Origin: a virus
Taxonomy: Duplodnaviria; Caudoviricetes
Reading direction: 5' to 3' (one strand)
DNA length: 59,571 bases
IMG/VR virus record: IMGVR_UViG_3300009108_000010
Location: 1-59,571 of that record
Shown here: positions 58,224 through 59,571 of the stretch, in pieces
Numbering within the stretch: the stretch's first letter is position 1
Layout of the letters: each line of letters opens with the position of its first letter
Translations under genes and position numbers: made by a program
The notes under the pieces: generated by a model
What the model saw: the letters and a program-made list of their open reading frames with translations, nothing else
The model's database searches: none
Told to the model about the DNA's origin: nothing

Positions 58224-59571
58224 ACAAGAAGGAGGACTAGCTGAAGAAGGGTATCGTGCCCAACTACGTCAAGCTAGAGAGAAAGCTATTGAAGATTGGA
58301 ATAGACGTACTAAAGGAGAAGTAGCACAAAAAGTAAGAACACCTGTACGTAAACCTCCAATATCACAAAGAATTAAAAAAGGTATTAGTAGTTTAGTGCC
58401 TGATACTGTTAAAAATATTGCAGCAATTCCTATAAATGTATTTAACGCTTTAGGAGGAGGTGATACAGGATATATGTCACCTGAAATGATAGAAGCTACA
58501 CGACAAGCTGCATTAAATGCTATAGAAAGAACTGGTCAAGATAAAAATGTAACAATGGATTATATGGATTATATAGGTGCTCCTGATTATTTAGATGCAG
58601 GAAGATATGGTGGAGGTTTTCCTCAAATTTTTAAAGAAGGGGGTACTGGAGCAGGAGCTGCTTCTCTTACATTTGGAGGAGCTACTGTTAATAAAGATCC
58701 AGCAACAGGTGAAATTTCTTTTACTCCTGGAAGTGGTGATTATGATATGTCTGATAATAACCCAATTTGGTTAGGAGGTCTTCCAGGTTGGTTAGGATTA
58801 TCTGATAAAAATCCTATGAATGTTCCTATGGAATCTTTTATTGATCCTGATTATACTGCAGCAAAACAATTAGGAGATATAGAAGCACAAGTAGATCCAT
58901 ATGATCAAGGACTAGCAAGTTTACCAGAAGCTCAAGCAGATGAACCATGGTATACTGACGATTGGGATACATTTGTAAGTAAACGTAGAGAAGATCCAGA
59001 TACTGATTTACAATATAGAGGTCCTGAAGTTTCTTATGTACCAGAAGCTCAAGTTCAAATTCCAAATAAAGGTCTATATTTTTTTAATCCTGGTGATCTA
59101 GCAGATGTACCAAAAGCTCAAACTGAACAACCATTTAAGTCAGATATAACTATACAACAACCCACAGGATGGGAAGGAACAGGATATGGACAACCAAGTC
59201 CTCAACAAATAGAGAAGTGGAATGCAATCGTAACTTCAGCTGATCTTGAGTGGGCTATGAACCAATATGCATTAGACAATATAAGTCAACCACAACCTAC
59301 AGGATGGGAAGGAACAGGATATGGAGGACTAGCAGATTTACAAGCATCATTAACCAATTATCCAACAGGTTCAATTTATTTTCTAGATCCAACAGGTCGT
59401 ATTTATCCAGGTCATCAATCACAGGATACTATAGATACTATAAACTTAAGTTTAGGTGGTTATAAAGATATACCATACTCAACTCAACTAGAATCAGGAT
59501 TTGGAGGAATGGATAATCCATACAGTCTAGATGAATATTATAGAGTTCATGCACAACCCACAGGATTTGAA
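58204..59571 (+). CDS. Internal virion-like protein, truncated by the window end (not in ORF track)
   Basis: MYRKIYRQEGGLAEEGYRAQ... open for 456 codons to the last base; QPTGWEGTGYG repeats. Confidence 0.8.
   Translation, partial: MYRKIYRQEGGLAEEGYRAQLRQAREKAIEDWNRRTKGEVAQKVRTPVRKPPISQRIKKGISSLVPDTVKNIAAIPINVFNALGGGDTGYMSPEMIEATRQAALNAIERTGQDKNVTMDYMDYIGAPDYLDAGRYGGGFPQIFKEGGTGAGAASLTFGGATVNKDPATGEISFTPGSGDYDMSDNNPIWLGGLPGWLGLSDKNPMNVPMESFIDPDYTAAKQLGDIEAQVDPYDQGLASLPEAQADEPWYTDDWDTFVSKRREDPDTDLQYRGPEVSYVPEAQVQIPNKGLYFFNPGDLADVPKAQTEQPFKSDITIQQPTGWEGTGYGQPSPQQIEKWNAIVTSADLEWAMNQYALDNISQPQPTGWEGTGYGGLADLQASLTNYPTGSIYFLDPTGRIYPGHQSQDTIDTINLSLGGYKDIPYSTQLESGFGGMDNPYSLDEYYRVHAQPTGFE
59158..59571 (+). 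repeat. Dispersed coding repeat QPTGWEGTGYG
   Basis: caacc(c/t)acaggatgggaaggaacaggatatgga near 59158 and 59293, third partial copy at the window end. Confidence 0.8.

Noticed and set aside
354-59465. Antisense and alternate-frame ORFs in the track (e.g. 354-596, 14315-14680, 22621-22932, 35245-35769, 36989-37435, 46128-46466, 54863-55354, 58838-59065, 59250-59465)
   Set aside because: Shadows of well-supported genes, with no SD or recognisable motifs
1-59571. Alternative genetic code, integrase/att site, phage RNA polymerase, exact circular closure
   Set aside because: Genes are intact under the standard code with all three stops used; no recombinase or RNAP motifs; no terminal overlap and the ends join out of frame

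Overview
A near-complete, circularly permuted genome of an AT-rich tailed phage, probably a podovirus of a marine alphaproteobacterium (host inferred). It has two arms. The minus-strand early/replication arm (about 34.9 kb down to 11.7 kb) carries many small early ORFs, a T7-like primase-helicase, a family A DNA polymerase (Tyr762 type), endonuclease VII, SSB, an exonuclease, a GIY-YIG endonuclease, a class II RNR, Hsp20, a glycosyltransferase/methyltransferase cluster and TerS. The plus-strand late arm (37.0 kb to the window end, continuing 1-11.7 kb) carries TerL, portal, GroES, scaffold, major capsid, adaptor/tail, holins, tail fibres and ejection proteins. I saw no RNA polymerase, integrase, tRNA or CRISPR array; sigma70-type promoters occur in both arms. 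Highlights: (1) a 24-aa PqqA-like PQQ precursor peptide, missed by the ORF track, in the head operon with no other pqq genes; (2) apparently complete avoidance of CCG/CGG, GGCC, GCGC and CGCG, plus an 11.8-kb GATC-free zone over the early region; (3) a 105-bp symmetric ATAGG/CCTAT element where the arms diverge; (4) a GT + methyltransferase + Maf/MptE-like fusion with an early-region paralog; (5) a duplicated SSB fused to a GIY-YIG nuclease; (6) a shared basic-x-GG motif in about ten late proteins, including a candidate ADP-ribosyltransferase; (7) a metallothionein-like peptide. All motif counts were made by eye and should be confirmed computationally.
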